Below, one piece after another: positions 29,801 to 38,477 of a stretch of 64,000 nucleotides of DNA. The notes beneath the pieces were generated by a model. The model was not told the origin of the DNA. It saw nothing but the letters and a program-made list of their open reading frames with translations, and searched no databases. How positions within the stretch are numbered: position 1 is the first letter of the stretch; every line of letters begins with the position of its first letter. The DNA is from a virus, in the IMG/VR virus record IMGVR_UViG_3300046318_000144, positions 20,770 to 84,769 of that record; one strand, 5' to 3'. The position numbers and the translations under genes were made by a program.

Positions 29801-30610
29801 AGTAACTTCAAGTTGCTTACTTTGGATATTAATTCCAGTCTTAATTCCTGGAGCCAATACCTCATTAGCAAATGATATGCCAGAGAAGTCTTGAAAAGCC
29901 TCTTGAATAAGTTCTCTTATGTAGGAGTATGTATCAATCTGAGTAGTTACAGTTACATTACTGTAGTAGCTGCTAGTTTTTGGTACAGGCAGAGTTGGCA
30001 TATTTACATATAAGAATGTCTTAGTTGGGTCACTAAGCGCAGGTGGGGTGGATGCTTCATCCACAACTTCATAAAATCCACTGTACTTTTTAACTGATTC
30101 CTGGACAAATCCAACGTAAACTTTTACTGCTTTTCCATCTGAATCTCTAGAAGCAATAGGTTTTGGCAAAACTCTATTTTCTAAGGTAAGTAGTACATAT
30201 CCGCTAGAGGTTTTCTTAGTTGCTGTAGCTTCGTAGTTGTACGAGTAAGTCTTCCAAATAATTCTACGGCTGAGGTAGCTAGTAAATTCTTGACCTGATA
30301 CTTCAATACTTCTATCTACTAGAGCATAAGTTCTATTCCAAATTAAACCGCCCCAGACGCACTCATCTCCGCGCATAATGTAGAGGGCAGTTTTACCTGG
30401 AAGTGTTGCAGTGTATAGATCTAAGTTTTCAGTTTCTGGTGTTATGTATATGGTTCCAGAAAACTCTCCAGGCTCTTTTAGAGATTGACTATAAGAGACA
30501 TCCTGAAATGGCAACTCATTAAGTACCTTGTTAGTAGAAATGTCTACTACAAAGTATCTATAAATTGGAGCAGTAATAGTACTCGTAGGTGCTAAATTAC
30601 TGTCTGGCAT
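26825..30610 (-). CDS. N-terminal part of the baseplate hub/Tal-like minor tail protein with many beta-barrel repeats
   Basis: YRYFVVD...ELPF..VSY...L...GEFSG..., VWGGLIW; follows Dit. Confidence 0.8.
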   Translation of the reverse strand: MPDSNLAPTSTITAPIYRYFVVDISTNKVLNELPFQDVSYSQSLKEPGEFSGTIYITPETENLDLYTATLPGKTALYIMRGDECVWGGLIWNRTYALVDRSIEVSGQEFTSYLSRRIIWKTYSYNYEATATKKTSSGYVLLTLENRVLPKPIASRDSDGKAVKVYVGFVQESVKKYSGFYEVVDEASTPPALSDPTKTFLYVNMPTLPVPKTSSYYSNVTVTTQIDTYSYIRELIQEAFQDFSGISFANEVLAPGIKTGINIQSKQLEVTGARSGLATITTDTPHNLVQGQKFTIANVDELLDGSHVVSEVPNDTTIKFELINPINQSDKVTALVVEEIPLTYLYNKNTLINYREIVQYIVKNVQKIKRTLGTVTLTLTTPHTFEVGDKVKLTIQNQPPARKSGKNTFDYSKSGIDAIVLTSVDQKNKTITFVDPITDHAQKKYNVKESKVKDSKKNTVKLSYPITQFMLTPQSDGHGFYAGETIKVSGVDSVNWQYPLYNGYHVVDQVSMGSPKTIVKYKVLDEICYLYFNDNPKFNDGDYISISGISLLNGEYPILAEPEVSGSYWYVSFSKQLDDVAIQNAPSGSTASRDGMGWFTYLPENMQLSSKAVEPDAVSNISKLSMKVKNKKKTITLETGARHNMSVGDIVKVTVGAADKSDNKTYGGSKTITSISDYDEISYNISSSKGPSKSFKAKAKTGTIVRTKSRIGYTDIVEVPFSGIRTVGSLTKVSAIDHDFNIGDYVALSFDGTNFDSYATEQAPVKIVEATSNTFSYPLQAGASPAGTQMRIKAVDFYKTTKGKFIKFTAVGDYTYGSSVNYDVNSITGTLEATLGDGKKYQRVLGITTASTNNATVGSVVSVNGLPAATSTSTVLPARTSKITNMTYASGFLVVTVEDWHRLDTSDIGTSAAKIKLSGLETVSGTYNGSPKNIDLSVVNGNWNIYYDADDAYAAPLSTYSFSIKTDLWSKPWSWTPATPAAEVYFPTKTQVETSQNLSMYNGTASVVYVESSTKFYIKNDLISYDFSSIDVSAETVTVDITPRQTTTARPSISKNDLIDISGFKNISRKYYSKLNKTWTVVSSSTGTYGSAQATFFVVKNNIGAVYPDRTSITSTEVVSGYKYQKAPGTAYLDYLSSSQTVKDIANVYRANDRPNLVKLTSPAHGVEANDYINVWVYTRGGIFYGHNNSPRRVVKTTEDTITYAVAKGATITSAVGDGSSVTYYAYNDFAVGDKVAIYDIEPSGYNSASATITQLTRVVLL

Positions 30611-30651
30611 AGGTCAAATCCCTTACGTACAAGCGTCTTTATACTACTAGT

Positions 30652-31989
30652 TTACCCTAACCAGCCAGGTCGGTATTTTACAGTAACAGTCGGTGTTCCA
30701 CCAGTTTTTGATACAGTAAAGTTATTCGCACCAGAGGTTAGTTTAATCCAGTCAGAGGTAGGGTCTAGTACAGCTCTAGCACCAGTAGAGATTCCTCTAT
30801 ACAGGGTTACATTGTTGTAGGTATCTAGCTCTAGAGTGTCAGTGTCTTGAAGTTCCACGGTTCCTGCAGTAACAGTCTGACTATTAATCTGAAGATGTAG
30901 CTGTCCTCCATAAGAAGTTGTATCTGCATAGTACATAGAAACTTCAAATGTGGTTGTATCTACAACAGAGGTTACAGTGTGGATACCGTTAAATACTGGG
31001 ATACTAGAGTTTGATATAGAGCACATATCATCTAGCGTCAACCCATGAGGATCCGCAGTAGTTACAGTAGCAACTCCCCCAGATAGAACAATATCTACAA
31101 TGTCTGAAGTTGGGTTTGTATAGCTAAAGGTATTCAACGTTGTACTAGTTATTAGTATGTCAGTCCCATCAAATGGAGCACCGATATCTGAAATTGTTAC
31201 TAGATCATTCTCCAAGAAACTGTGATTATTTAAAGTTACAGTGGCTACACCAGAACGGTATACAACATTAGAGACACCTGTCTCAGTAAACCCAGCTGCT
31301 CTCAAATCTTTTACAATTTTTATTGACTTACCAGTGGTTACATTATTGATATATGCTGGCTGAGTTAGCGGTCCAGTTATACTGAATGTAGCACTAACAT
31401 CAGCAGTACCAACATTTGAGGCATTAACTTGAGTAGTACCGTTAGTATTTAACGATACTGATGTGTAACCATTCGAGTCTCCAGTATTCCAACCATATTT
31501 AATTGGATCAGCTGCCCTAAGTTGGATAGAAAAATCAATTCTTCCCCTTGGAAGATCATTCGTCACGGACGGAATATCTACCATTCGCACATAACATGAT
31601 TTAGTTGGAGACTCGTCAACATACATCCAACCACCAGTGTGAACTAAAGTTATAGCATTTAATAGTGTATTTCTAGCGGCAGCTGCTAAATCTGGACTTG
31701 GGGGCAGTATTGACCCAGTGAGGACTATATCTCTAGGAAGCCATCTACCTCTAGTGTCGTAGTTTCCATCACCAAGACCTCTTGACAACTCTGGGAACTC
31801 TGAAGCTGGAAGGTTCCACCAACCCTCTATATCGCTAACTACCCATATGACGCCATTAGCATCTATGGTATTTAGAGTTAACCCATTTATACGTATATCA
31901 CCAGCAAGTTTTAGTCCAGTTATTTCTGGATATGGTAGCGGAGTTAACGCTCTACGTACATACGTTGTTTCATAGGACTGATCTACCAT
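30652..31989 (-). CDS. Distal tail protein (Dit) with inserted barrel domains
   Basis: Immediately after the tape measure gene; GWW..P, FSIQLRAADPIKY, W..L..G.N C-terminus. Confidence 0.8.
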   Translation of the reverse strand: MVDQSYETTYVRRALTPLPYPEITGLKLAGDIRINGLTLNTIDANGVIWVVSDIEGWWNLPASEFPELSRGLGDGNYDTRGRWLPRDIVLTGSILPPSPDLAAAARNTLLNAITLVHTGGWMYVDESPTKSCYVRMVDIPSVTNDLPRGRIDFSIQLRAADPIKYGWNTGDSNGYTSVSLNTNGTTQVNASNVGTADVSATFSITGPLTQPAYINNVTTGKSIKIVKDLRAAGFTETGVSNVVYRSGVATVTLNNHSFLENDLVTISDIGAPFDGTDILITSTTLNTFSYTNPTSDIVDIVLSGGVATVTTADPHGLTLDDMCSISNSSIPVFNGIHTVTSVVDTTTFEVSMYYADTTSYGGQLHLQINSQTVTAGTVELQDTDTLELDTYNNVTLYRGISTGARAVLDPTSDWIKLTSGANNFTVSKTGGTPTVTVKYRPGWLG

Positions 31990-34900
31990 TATGCTGTTAT
32001 ACCTTTACGTAGTTCGAAATTAAGTCGAGAAGTAATAAGCTTAGTTAAAGCTTGGTGGTCCATACCCTGAGGAGCATTAACGGTTAGATTTACGGTTACC
32101 CCACTACCGCCACCGCCAGAAAGCTCTCTAACAATAGCTTTATCTCTATCAGATAATCCATTCTTATCCAAAGGCTCTACTCGCTCTGGCTTTCCAGCCT
32201 CTGCAACTCTAATGACATGACCGCCAGCTCTAGGGTAGATAGTCCCACCATCAGCGTACCCATTTACAGGACTATACCCTATAGATGTATTACTAGGGCT
32301 ATTAAGTTGTTTAGCAACGCCGCTCCAGTACTTATCTATATCCTTAGATGTGGAAGATTTTTCTCCACCAAAAATACTCTCTACTAGCCACAAGAGGCCC
32401 TTAGATATCCAGTCATTAAATGGTTGGAATACTTCACTTATCTTTCTACCAATAGTGTCAAAACGAGCAGTTATCTTATCGTTAGCATCAGCATTCTTCT
32501 CTGCATAGCCACCATATTTATCAGTTAGGGTCTGTAGTAGGTAGTCCTGAGCCTCGGCTGCACCATTAGAAGCAAGTATTTGATCATACTTTTTCTTTTC
32601 CTGGTCAGTAAAGTTAATACCAGCACCAGTTAATGTATCTAAGGCGGTAGCTGGGTCAGCCATAGCATCAGCCATAACCTGTGCTGCTGATGGTGCATCA
32701 GTATTAAATACACTAGCTAGATCTAGAGCTAGTCCAGTCATCTTGTCAAATTTACCGTTAACCTTGCCAGCTTCCGTAGCTAACGACGGGTACTTGAGCA
32801 GAAGTTCTTGGACGCTCTTCACATTGTCATAGTTTTGACCAGTAAGTCCACCCATGTTATCGGCAACTTCAGTCAATCTATCTGCTACCTTTTTAGCTGA
32901 CTTACCAAAGCCACCATTGGCTCTAGCTAATCCTTCTAATCTCTTTGTAGATACCCTAGCCTTATCAGCTGCTTCTGACGCAGCATCGACAATAACTGGT
33001 ACAGCAGCAACTACGGCTCCAACTATTCCAAGTTTTCCAACAGGACTCTTAAGTAATTTACTGCCCATTTCGGCAATCTTCCCGCCACCACCAGGTAGAA
33101 TAGTTAACCCACCACCTGGCATCTCCCCGCCTCCGCCAGCTCCAGGCATACCGCTACCAGACATACCAACTTTAGGTACACCCTTAGCTCTACCTAGTTT
33201 ATTGATTTCATCTTTAGCTTCTTTAGCCTTTTTTCTAACATGCTCTAGGGAGGTCTTAGTCTTATCTAACTTACCCTTGAGAGTTCCCATCTTGGTGCTA
33301 GTGGTTTTAGCATTATTGGCAAGATTTCTCATCTGGGTATTTGCATTTTGAGAAGATGTTTTGATAGCATTTAGCTTTGTAACAACAGTACCAAGCTTAT
33401 CTCTCATAATAATGAGAGCTTTATTTACCTTTAAAATAATAGCGTGTAATTTTTTAAAGTTTTTCTCTGACTCTAAAATACGCTTATTCATAAGCTTGAG
33501 TTGTTTTTCAACTTTTTCTAAGCCATCATCAAGTTTATCTGCATCTTTTTTGGCATTCTTTGAATCTTTTTTCATGATTCCAAAGAACTTAAGAGTCATG
33601 ACAACAGCCTTTTTTAGAATATTAAATACACCAACTAATACTCTAAATAAGAACTTAAATCCTTTAAATAATAGACCAACTGCAGATGCTACTGCTAATA
33701 TTGGAGCAACAAATTTAAATATACCACTCATCGCCTGGATTATCGGGGCTAAGATTTTGAAAGCTCCTGCAAGAATTTTGAAGAACATTTGGACACCATC
33801 AGTCTCGCTCAGGGTCTTTATTATCTTCATAATTGCAATAACCGCATCAGCTACATCTGGCAGTGCATCAGCAGCTCCTTGAAAAGCTTTCTGCATATCT
33901 GGAGCATTTTTATGTAATGTCTCCCAAAATTTTGTAGTATTTGGATCAGAAGCAAATCCTAAAAATAAACCTAAAACATCTCCAAAAGTTTGGAGCATAG
34001 CTTTGGTTCCCTTAGCAGATTCTCTAAACATATCGCCAAAGCCTTCTTGTTTACCAATATCGGCAAATCCAGCAGTAGCGTCTTTTAGCCAAACTAATAG
34101 GTTATTTCCACCACTACCTGGTTTGACATTTTCATCAATTATTGCTCCAAATCCTGTAAGAACATTCCATATAATATCACCTAGTAATTTTGCACTATCT
34201 GCGGCATTTTTAAAGAATTCCTGAGTTTTTTTATCATTACCTAAATCTTTAAATTTTTCACTAATACCTACTAGCCAAGGTAAAAGACCTGATTTTCCAT
34301 CCTCCCCCTGAGTAATCCCAGCGGCTGCATTAGATAGGTTTACAAAACCAGTAACTACGTTACCTAAAATAGTCCCGATGCTTGGGAGCCATTTACCAAT
34401 ATTAGATAAAAACTTATCAATAGCCTTTAAATTATTCTCCTTGAGAATTACATCAGTAAAATTTTCTACAGCCTTGCCAAGACCAGAACTTATTTTCTTA
34501 AATCCACCAACTAGGGAATCGAATAACCCTCCTTTGAGCATCCTACCCATCTGAGTCTGGAGTGCTGGTAGAAATCCAGATGCAGCAGCTTCTTTAAGCT
34601 CTGACATCCTACCCTTGATACTTACAAGATATTGAGCAAACTTCTTTTGGCTCTTTGTTAGACCAGCATACGGGTCAGTTCCAGTTTTGTTTTTCTTTTT
34701 TGGATTATTAATCTCTTCATTGAGATCTTTAGCTCTATCCTTAGCTTTTCTATAGTTAAGCTCAGCGTGCTGAAATGCTAACTCTGCTTCTCTACGAGTT
34801 CTATTATCTGGTGGAAGATCTTGAACGCGAGCTAAAGCTTCTCTAGCTTTCTCTAACCCTAGAGCAGCATCTTGCTCATTGAGAGCAGCTTCCTCAGCAT

Positions 34901-35435
34901 CAAATGCAAGTTGCTGCATCTCTTCTCTTAGTTGTTTTACAGTTTTAGCTGCTGCTCCACTAGCTTTACCTGCTGCGGATACCGCTTGGCCTATACCACC
35001 CATGGCCATTTTTCCAACGGCAGAGCCTATTTTTATGGCTGCAAATACGTTAACAAGAGCCATACCAGATGCTATAGCACCAACTACTGCACCACCAAGA
35101 GCTCCAATGGAAGTGACTAGCTGAGCTATAGTTCCAATGAGGACTTGAAAACCTACAGACATGAAGTGGCTAGTCCTAATTATCTTAACCATAGCCGCTC
35201 TAGAGGCTTCCGCTTGCTGTTCTATGCTTTTAAAAGCATCACCGAGCTTACCCATGAAGTTATCTTTGGTACTATTTAAAAATCCTTCTCGAAAACCACT
35301 ACCAGTAGCTTTTCCTAGATTTTTTCCAGCTGCACCACCAATACCTTCAGCCTTTTGAAAGCCATTACGGATGTCACGTTCGACACCGCTAGTAATCGCC
35401 TTAACAATAATCTGGGCTTCACCTATGATAGGCAT
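31989..35435 (-). CDS. Tape measure protein
   Basis: 1148 aa, helical and Ala/Gly/Lys-rich, follows the chaperones; C-terminal YADGG...VAEAGKPE motif. Confidence 0.9.
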   Translation of the reverse strand: MPIIGEAQIIVKAITSGVERDIRNGFQKAEGIGGAAGKNLGKATGSGFREGFLNSTKDNFMGKLGDAFKSIEQQAEASRAAMVKIIRTSHFMSVGFQVLIGTIAQLVTSIGALGGAVVGAIASGMALVNVFAAIKIGSAVGKMAMGGIGQAVSAAGKASGAAAKTVKQLREEMQQLAFDAEEAALNEQDAALGLEKAREALARVQDLPPDNRTRREAELAFQHAELNYRKAKDRAKDLNEEINNPKKKNKTGTDPYAGLTKSQKKFAQYLVSIKGRMSELKEAAASGFLPALQTQMGRMLKGGLFDSLVGGFKKISSGLGKAVENFTDVILKENNLKAIDKFLSNIGKWLPSIGTILGNVVTGFVNLSNAAAGITQGEDGKSGLLPWLVGISEKFKDLGNDKKTQEFFKNAADSAKLLGDIIWNVLTGFGAIIDENVKPGSGGNNLLVWLKDATAGFADIGKQEGFGDMFRESAKGTKAMLQTFGDVLGLFLGFASDPNTTKFWETLHKNAPDMQKAFQGAADALPDVADAVIAIMKIIKTLSETDGVQMFFKILAGAFKILAPIIQAMSGIFKFVAPILAVASAVGLLFKGFKFLFRVLVGVFNILKKAVVMTLKFFGIMKKDSKNAKKDADKLDDGLEKVEKQLKLMNKRILESEKNFKKLHAIILKVNKALIIMRDKLGTVVTKLNAIKTSSQNANTQMRNLANNAKTTSTKMGTLKGKLDKTKTSLEHVRKKAKEAKDEINKLGRAKGVPKVGMSGSGMPGAGGGGEMPGGGLTILPGGGGKIAEMGSKLLKSPVGKLGIVGAVVAAVPVIVDAASEAADKARVSTKRLEGLARANGGFGKSAKKVADRLTEVADNMGGLTGQNYDNVKSVQELLLKYPSLATEAGKVNGKFDKMTGLALDLASVFNTDAPSAAQVMADAMADPATALDTLTGAGINFTDQEKKKYDQILASNGAAEAQDYLLQTLTDKYGGYAEKNADANDKITARFDTIGRKISEVFQPFNDWISKGLLWLVESIFGGEKSSTSKDIDKYWSGVAKQLNSPSNTSIGYSPVNGYADGGTIYPRAGGHVIRVAEAGKPERVEPLDKNGLSDRDKAIVRELSGGGGSGVTVNLTVNAPQGMDHQALTKLITSRLNFELRKGITA

Positions 35436-35454
35436 ACTCTATGCTTCCTTAAAT

Positions 35455-35862
35455 CTATAGTGGCGCGTCTAATAATCCGTTAAAAGGATTAGTAGAGTCT
35501 GGGTTAAAATTCGTAGGTGGGACATAAGGTTTAGTTTCCTTAATATCATCACCAAACGGATCTAAATCAGTATCAAAGTCGTCACTATCGAAATTTCTTG
35601 ACCTATCAGGTTGTCTAGAAACAGCATATTTATATGTAGTGTTGTACATAGTCTTATAGAGACTAGTCCTGAGGTTACTTCTGGTATCAGATTGGATTTC
35701 ACTTAGGTAGTGAGAATCTTCCTCAAAAAAGTAGTGTAGAACATCCACCATATCTGCAGCATTCATGGTTTTCAGGTCTAATCCACTCACTAGAGCTTTT
35801 CCGTTCACATAGGGCCAGAGGTCTATTGCCCAGGAGATGAGACCTCTGGCTGCTGATTTGGG
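35455..35862 (-). CDS. Tail assembly chaperone, post-frameshift (GT) segment
   Basis: -1 frame from CCCAAAT reads PKSAARGLISWAIDLWPYVNGKALV..., joining the track ORF 35455..35808. Confidence 0.8.
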   Translation of the reverse strand, partial: PKSAARGLISWAIDLWPYVNGKALVSGLDLKTMNAADMVDVLHYFFEEDSHYLSEIQSDTRSNLRTSLYKTMYNTTYKYAVSRQPDRSRNFDSDDFDTDLDPFGDDIKETKPYVPPTNFNPDSTNPFNGLLDAPL

Positions 35863-36176
35863 CGTTCAGTATATTCTTCCATTAGCCATGCAGTGATCTC
35901 AGCTAAAGTGTCTACTGACACGATCTTCTCTGGATCCTTAAGAAGATTTTCAAATCTAACTTGGCTCTCGGGAAGTAAGACTCGATCAAAAAACTTTACA
36001 ACTACTTCAGTAGCCTTAACTGGGTCATCGCTAGATGAATCAGCAATCAGAGAAAGCATAAAACTTCCCTGTACCGCTGGGTAGCAGTGAAAATCTTCAC
36101 CGTAAAGCTTAAAAGATAGCGGAGTCTTCTCTACAGGTCCGCTTCCTTCTCCAAAATCTTTAAATCTCGAAGTCAT
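35823..36176 (-). CDS. Tail assembly chaperone (G)
   Basis: Position upstream of the tape measure gene; ends LAEITAWLMEEYTERPN. Confidence 0.85.
   Translation of the reverse strand: MTSRFKDFGEGSGPVEKTPLSFKLYGEDFHCYPAVQGSFMLSLIADSSSDDPVKATEVVVKFFDRVLLPESQVRFENLLKDPEKIVSVDTLAEITAWLMEEYTERPNQQPEVSSPGQ
35856..35862 (-). other. Programmed -1 ribosomal frameshift slippery site C-CCA-AAT
   Basis: X XXY YYZ heptamer in the correct phase near the end of the chaperone; the -1 frame is open into the next ORF. Confidence 0.8.
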
Positions 36177-36237
36177 GTTGTACTCTTTCTATAAATGTCA
36201 TTGAAATACTTTGATTTCAATAGCTATTTTACCCTAT

Positions 36238-36762
36238 CTATAGACGAACGTGTTTTTCCATAGGCTCTGTTAGGTATCTATTTGGCTTAGTTCCAGGGTG
36301 GTGGACTAGTTTAGTAACAATAACTCTAGGACCTTTTCTAAAAACTAGATTAGGTGCTTTGTTCGGAGTTATTATATGAGCCCTAGAACCTTCGTGGTGT
36401 AGGTAAGCATATGAAAGCTTAGAGCCTATCCGTAATTTATGACCATACTTATGAGTGCTATGTTGCATAGTGATAGAGTCTCTAAGTTTTCCAGTTTTAA
36501 CACCCACTTGTAGTTTGGCATCAAAAACAATAGCCCTTCCGACTCTTTTAACATAGCGACCAACCATACCATTCTCACCGATTGTCATGGTTTCAAATTG
36601 TGGGTGGTATAGCTTTAAACCACCAAACTTGTACGTGAGAGTCATTGTACGGAGTCCACCAACGGCAGACCCCATGCTATTTACGTTTCCTCTACGACCT
36701 ACGTATCTAAATGTTCTTCTAGCTGCCCATACACCCCAGCTATCGGGTAAACCATATGGCAT
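36238..36762 (-). CDS. Tail completion/neck protein (HK97 gp10-like)
   Basis: VKTGKLRDSI, YAYLHHEG...HII.P, V.HPGTKPNRYL. Confidence 0.75.
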   Translation of the reverse strand: MPYGLPDSWGVWAARRTFRYVGRRGNVNSMGSAVGGLRTMTLTYKFGGLKLYHPQFETMTIGENGMVGRYVKRVGRAIVFDAKLQVGVKTGKLRDSITMQHSTHKYGHKLRIGSKLSYAYLHHEGSRAHIITPNKAPNLVFRKGPRVIVTKLVHHPGTKPNRYLTEPMEKHVRL

Positions 36763-37268
36763 TATGGAACCGCCATGGTGATAGTCATAGTTGTAGTCTG
36801 AAAACCACCCTCTGGTGGTGCAGAGTCTAGAGTTGCAACTACACCTATACCGTAGCCAGTCTCATCCCACTGGTCAAGCAAGTTTATAGATTCCATAAGG
36901 ACCCATGCGTCAACAGCACAGATAGCAGATGCTTGCTCTATTTTGTCTGCTGATGGTGGTCTACCATTTTGACCAACCGTAGGTACTACTCTAGATATTT
37001 GAATATTTAAAGTTGCACTTCTCGGTACATGGCAACGCTGTGGCTCTCCAACTTGAGCACCAGGAGATCCTAAGAACATCTGCATAAAAGAAACGACCAG
37101 CTGTTCGCAGTCAGTTGCAGGTGTTCCCATAGTCCAGTACTGTCTAGCTGGTAGCGGAACGTTATATGACTGAAAGACAGTAGCTACTCTTGCGAGTACA
37201 CCATCCATCATGTCTTTTAGATGCAGAGCATCTTCTGTCATTCCTGTAGCGTCAATTTGATATGTCAT
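36762..37268 (-). CDS. Putative tail terminator
   Basis: Size and position within the neck cluster. Confidence 0.55.
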   Translation of the reverse strand: MTYQIDATGMTEDALHLKDMMDGVLARVATVFQSYNVPLPARQYWTMGTPATDCEQLVVSFMQMFLGSPGAQVGEPQRCHVPRSATLNIQISRVVPTVGQNGRPPSADKIEQASAICAVDAWVLMESINLLDQWDETGYGIGVVATLDSAPPEGGFQTTTMTITMAVP

Positions 37269-37281
37269 TTAATACTCCCTA

Positions 37282-38400
37282 TTAATACATTCTTGTCGAG
37301 ATATTTCCAGAAACTAGAGTAACTATCTCCTCTATACCATCAACAGTTTTAACTGCATATAATGTCCAAGTTCCAGGGTCAATCATCCCTAAAGCAGATA
37401 GTCCCGCCGAGTAAGGGATCGTAACTACTGCAAAATCATTAGCTCCGCTAATGTAGTCAACATTAGAAGCATCTAACTCCACATTTTTTGAACCAGAGTA
37501 GTTATACACAGATACTCTAGGTACATAATCAGGGTCAGAGAAAATTCCAACATCAACTGTAGTATCACTTGAATCCCATGTGGCTCCAGCGGTTGTTAGG
37601 TATATGTCAGTACCATCTACGTAGTTAGAGTCAGTCGTAGCTATTACTGGAGATTTTGGTGTATATCTACGAGCACGAGGCTGGTCAGGTGAGAATACCT
37701 TAGCCTTACGTCTAGCATTGTCTGGGTTAGTTACCTTTAGAAAAAGGTCAATTTCGTAGAGTCCAGTACGAAGTTCATCGATAAATTCTTGATTATCAAG
37801 AATTGTGTATGACACTCCTTGACGTGATACTGATGTAACTCGCTGGGGAAGTGCGCAGTCGTCGTCACCTGCCCAGAGTTTAGCAAACTCCATAGCAAGT
37901 TTACGAGCTGCCATCTTTCCAGCAACTGGTACTGGGGTCCCATATGAGTAGGTAACTTCAGTATTACATGGGGTCCAAGGAGTTCCAGCTTTAATGTGGA
38001 TTGTCGAGTGGTCTACTAAATAATAGCTAGACGGGTCGAGTACATCACCTTTTCTATTTCTTATGGTATGTACCTGGGTTACTGGTCTTCCTCTAAGTCT
38101 AAGTCTAGAGTCTGGAGACATTCCATCAGAGGTAAGTTCTGAATACTCGTCGTAGTCCCCAGATGGGATGTTATAAACATCTCCACCAAACAAAACTGGT
38201 GAGTTTGTCTTAGTAGAAGGACCTAATCGATTATTACGGAGAACACAGGTATAGCGTTCTGTTACGGTGGTTATTCCAGTGTATTTTCTACCAGACATAG
38301 CCCATAAAAGGTACGACGCAGTTTGAGCTGCTTCAGTGGCAAACTCGGTGTATGCATAGTCTCCAAGCTCTTCTGGCTGGATCCATAAATTATTAGTCAT
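37282..38400 (-). CDS. Head-to-tail adaptor
   Basis: LWAMSGRKY, VTY.YG..VP..G..AA..LA.E, C.LP.RVTSVSRQGVS, TGL.EID motifs typical of actinophage adaptors. Confidence 0.8.
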   Translation of the reverse strand: MTNNLWIQPEELGDYAYTEFATEAAQTASYLLWAMSGRKYTGITTVTERYTCVLRNNRLGPSTKTNSPVLFGGDVYNIPSGDYDEYSELTSDGMSPDSRLRLRGRPVTQVHTIRNRKGDVLDPSSYYLVDHSTIHIKAGTPWTPCNTEVTYSYGTPVPVAGKMAARKLAMEFAKLWAGDDDCALPQRVTSVSRQGVSYTILDNQEFIDELRTGLYEIDLFLKVTNPDNARRKAKVFSPDQPRARRYTPKSPVIATTDSNYVDGTDIYLTTAGATWDSSDTTVDVGIFSDPDYVPRVSVYNYSGSKNVELDASNVDYISGANDFAVVTIPYSAGLSALGMIDPGTWTLYAVKTVDGIEEIVTLVSGNISTRMY

Positions 38401-38418
38401 TAGTCCTCGTAGAGATAG

Positions 38419-38462
38419 AAAAAAGCGACGCGTCTAGGTTAATTTTACCACAGACGCGCCGC
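38419..38462 (-). terminator. Rho-independent terminator after the major tail gene
   Basis: GCGGCGCGTCT...AGACGCGTCGC stem followed by TTTTTT on the minus strand. Confidence 0.8.
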
Positions 38463-38477
38463 TCCTTTATTTAGCTA

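Noticed and set aside
32854-35358. Long plus-strand ORFs opposite the tape measure gene (also 41827..42432, 43184..43507, 49887..50267, 54348..55070)
   Set aside because: Antisense shadows caused by codon bias of the real minus-strand genes; Ser/Leu/Phe-rich with no motifs
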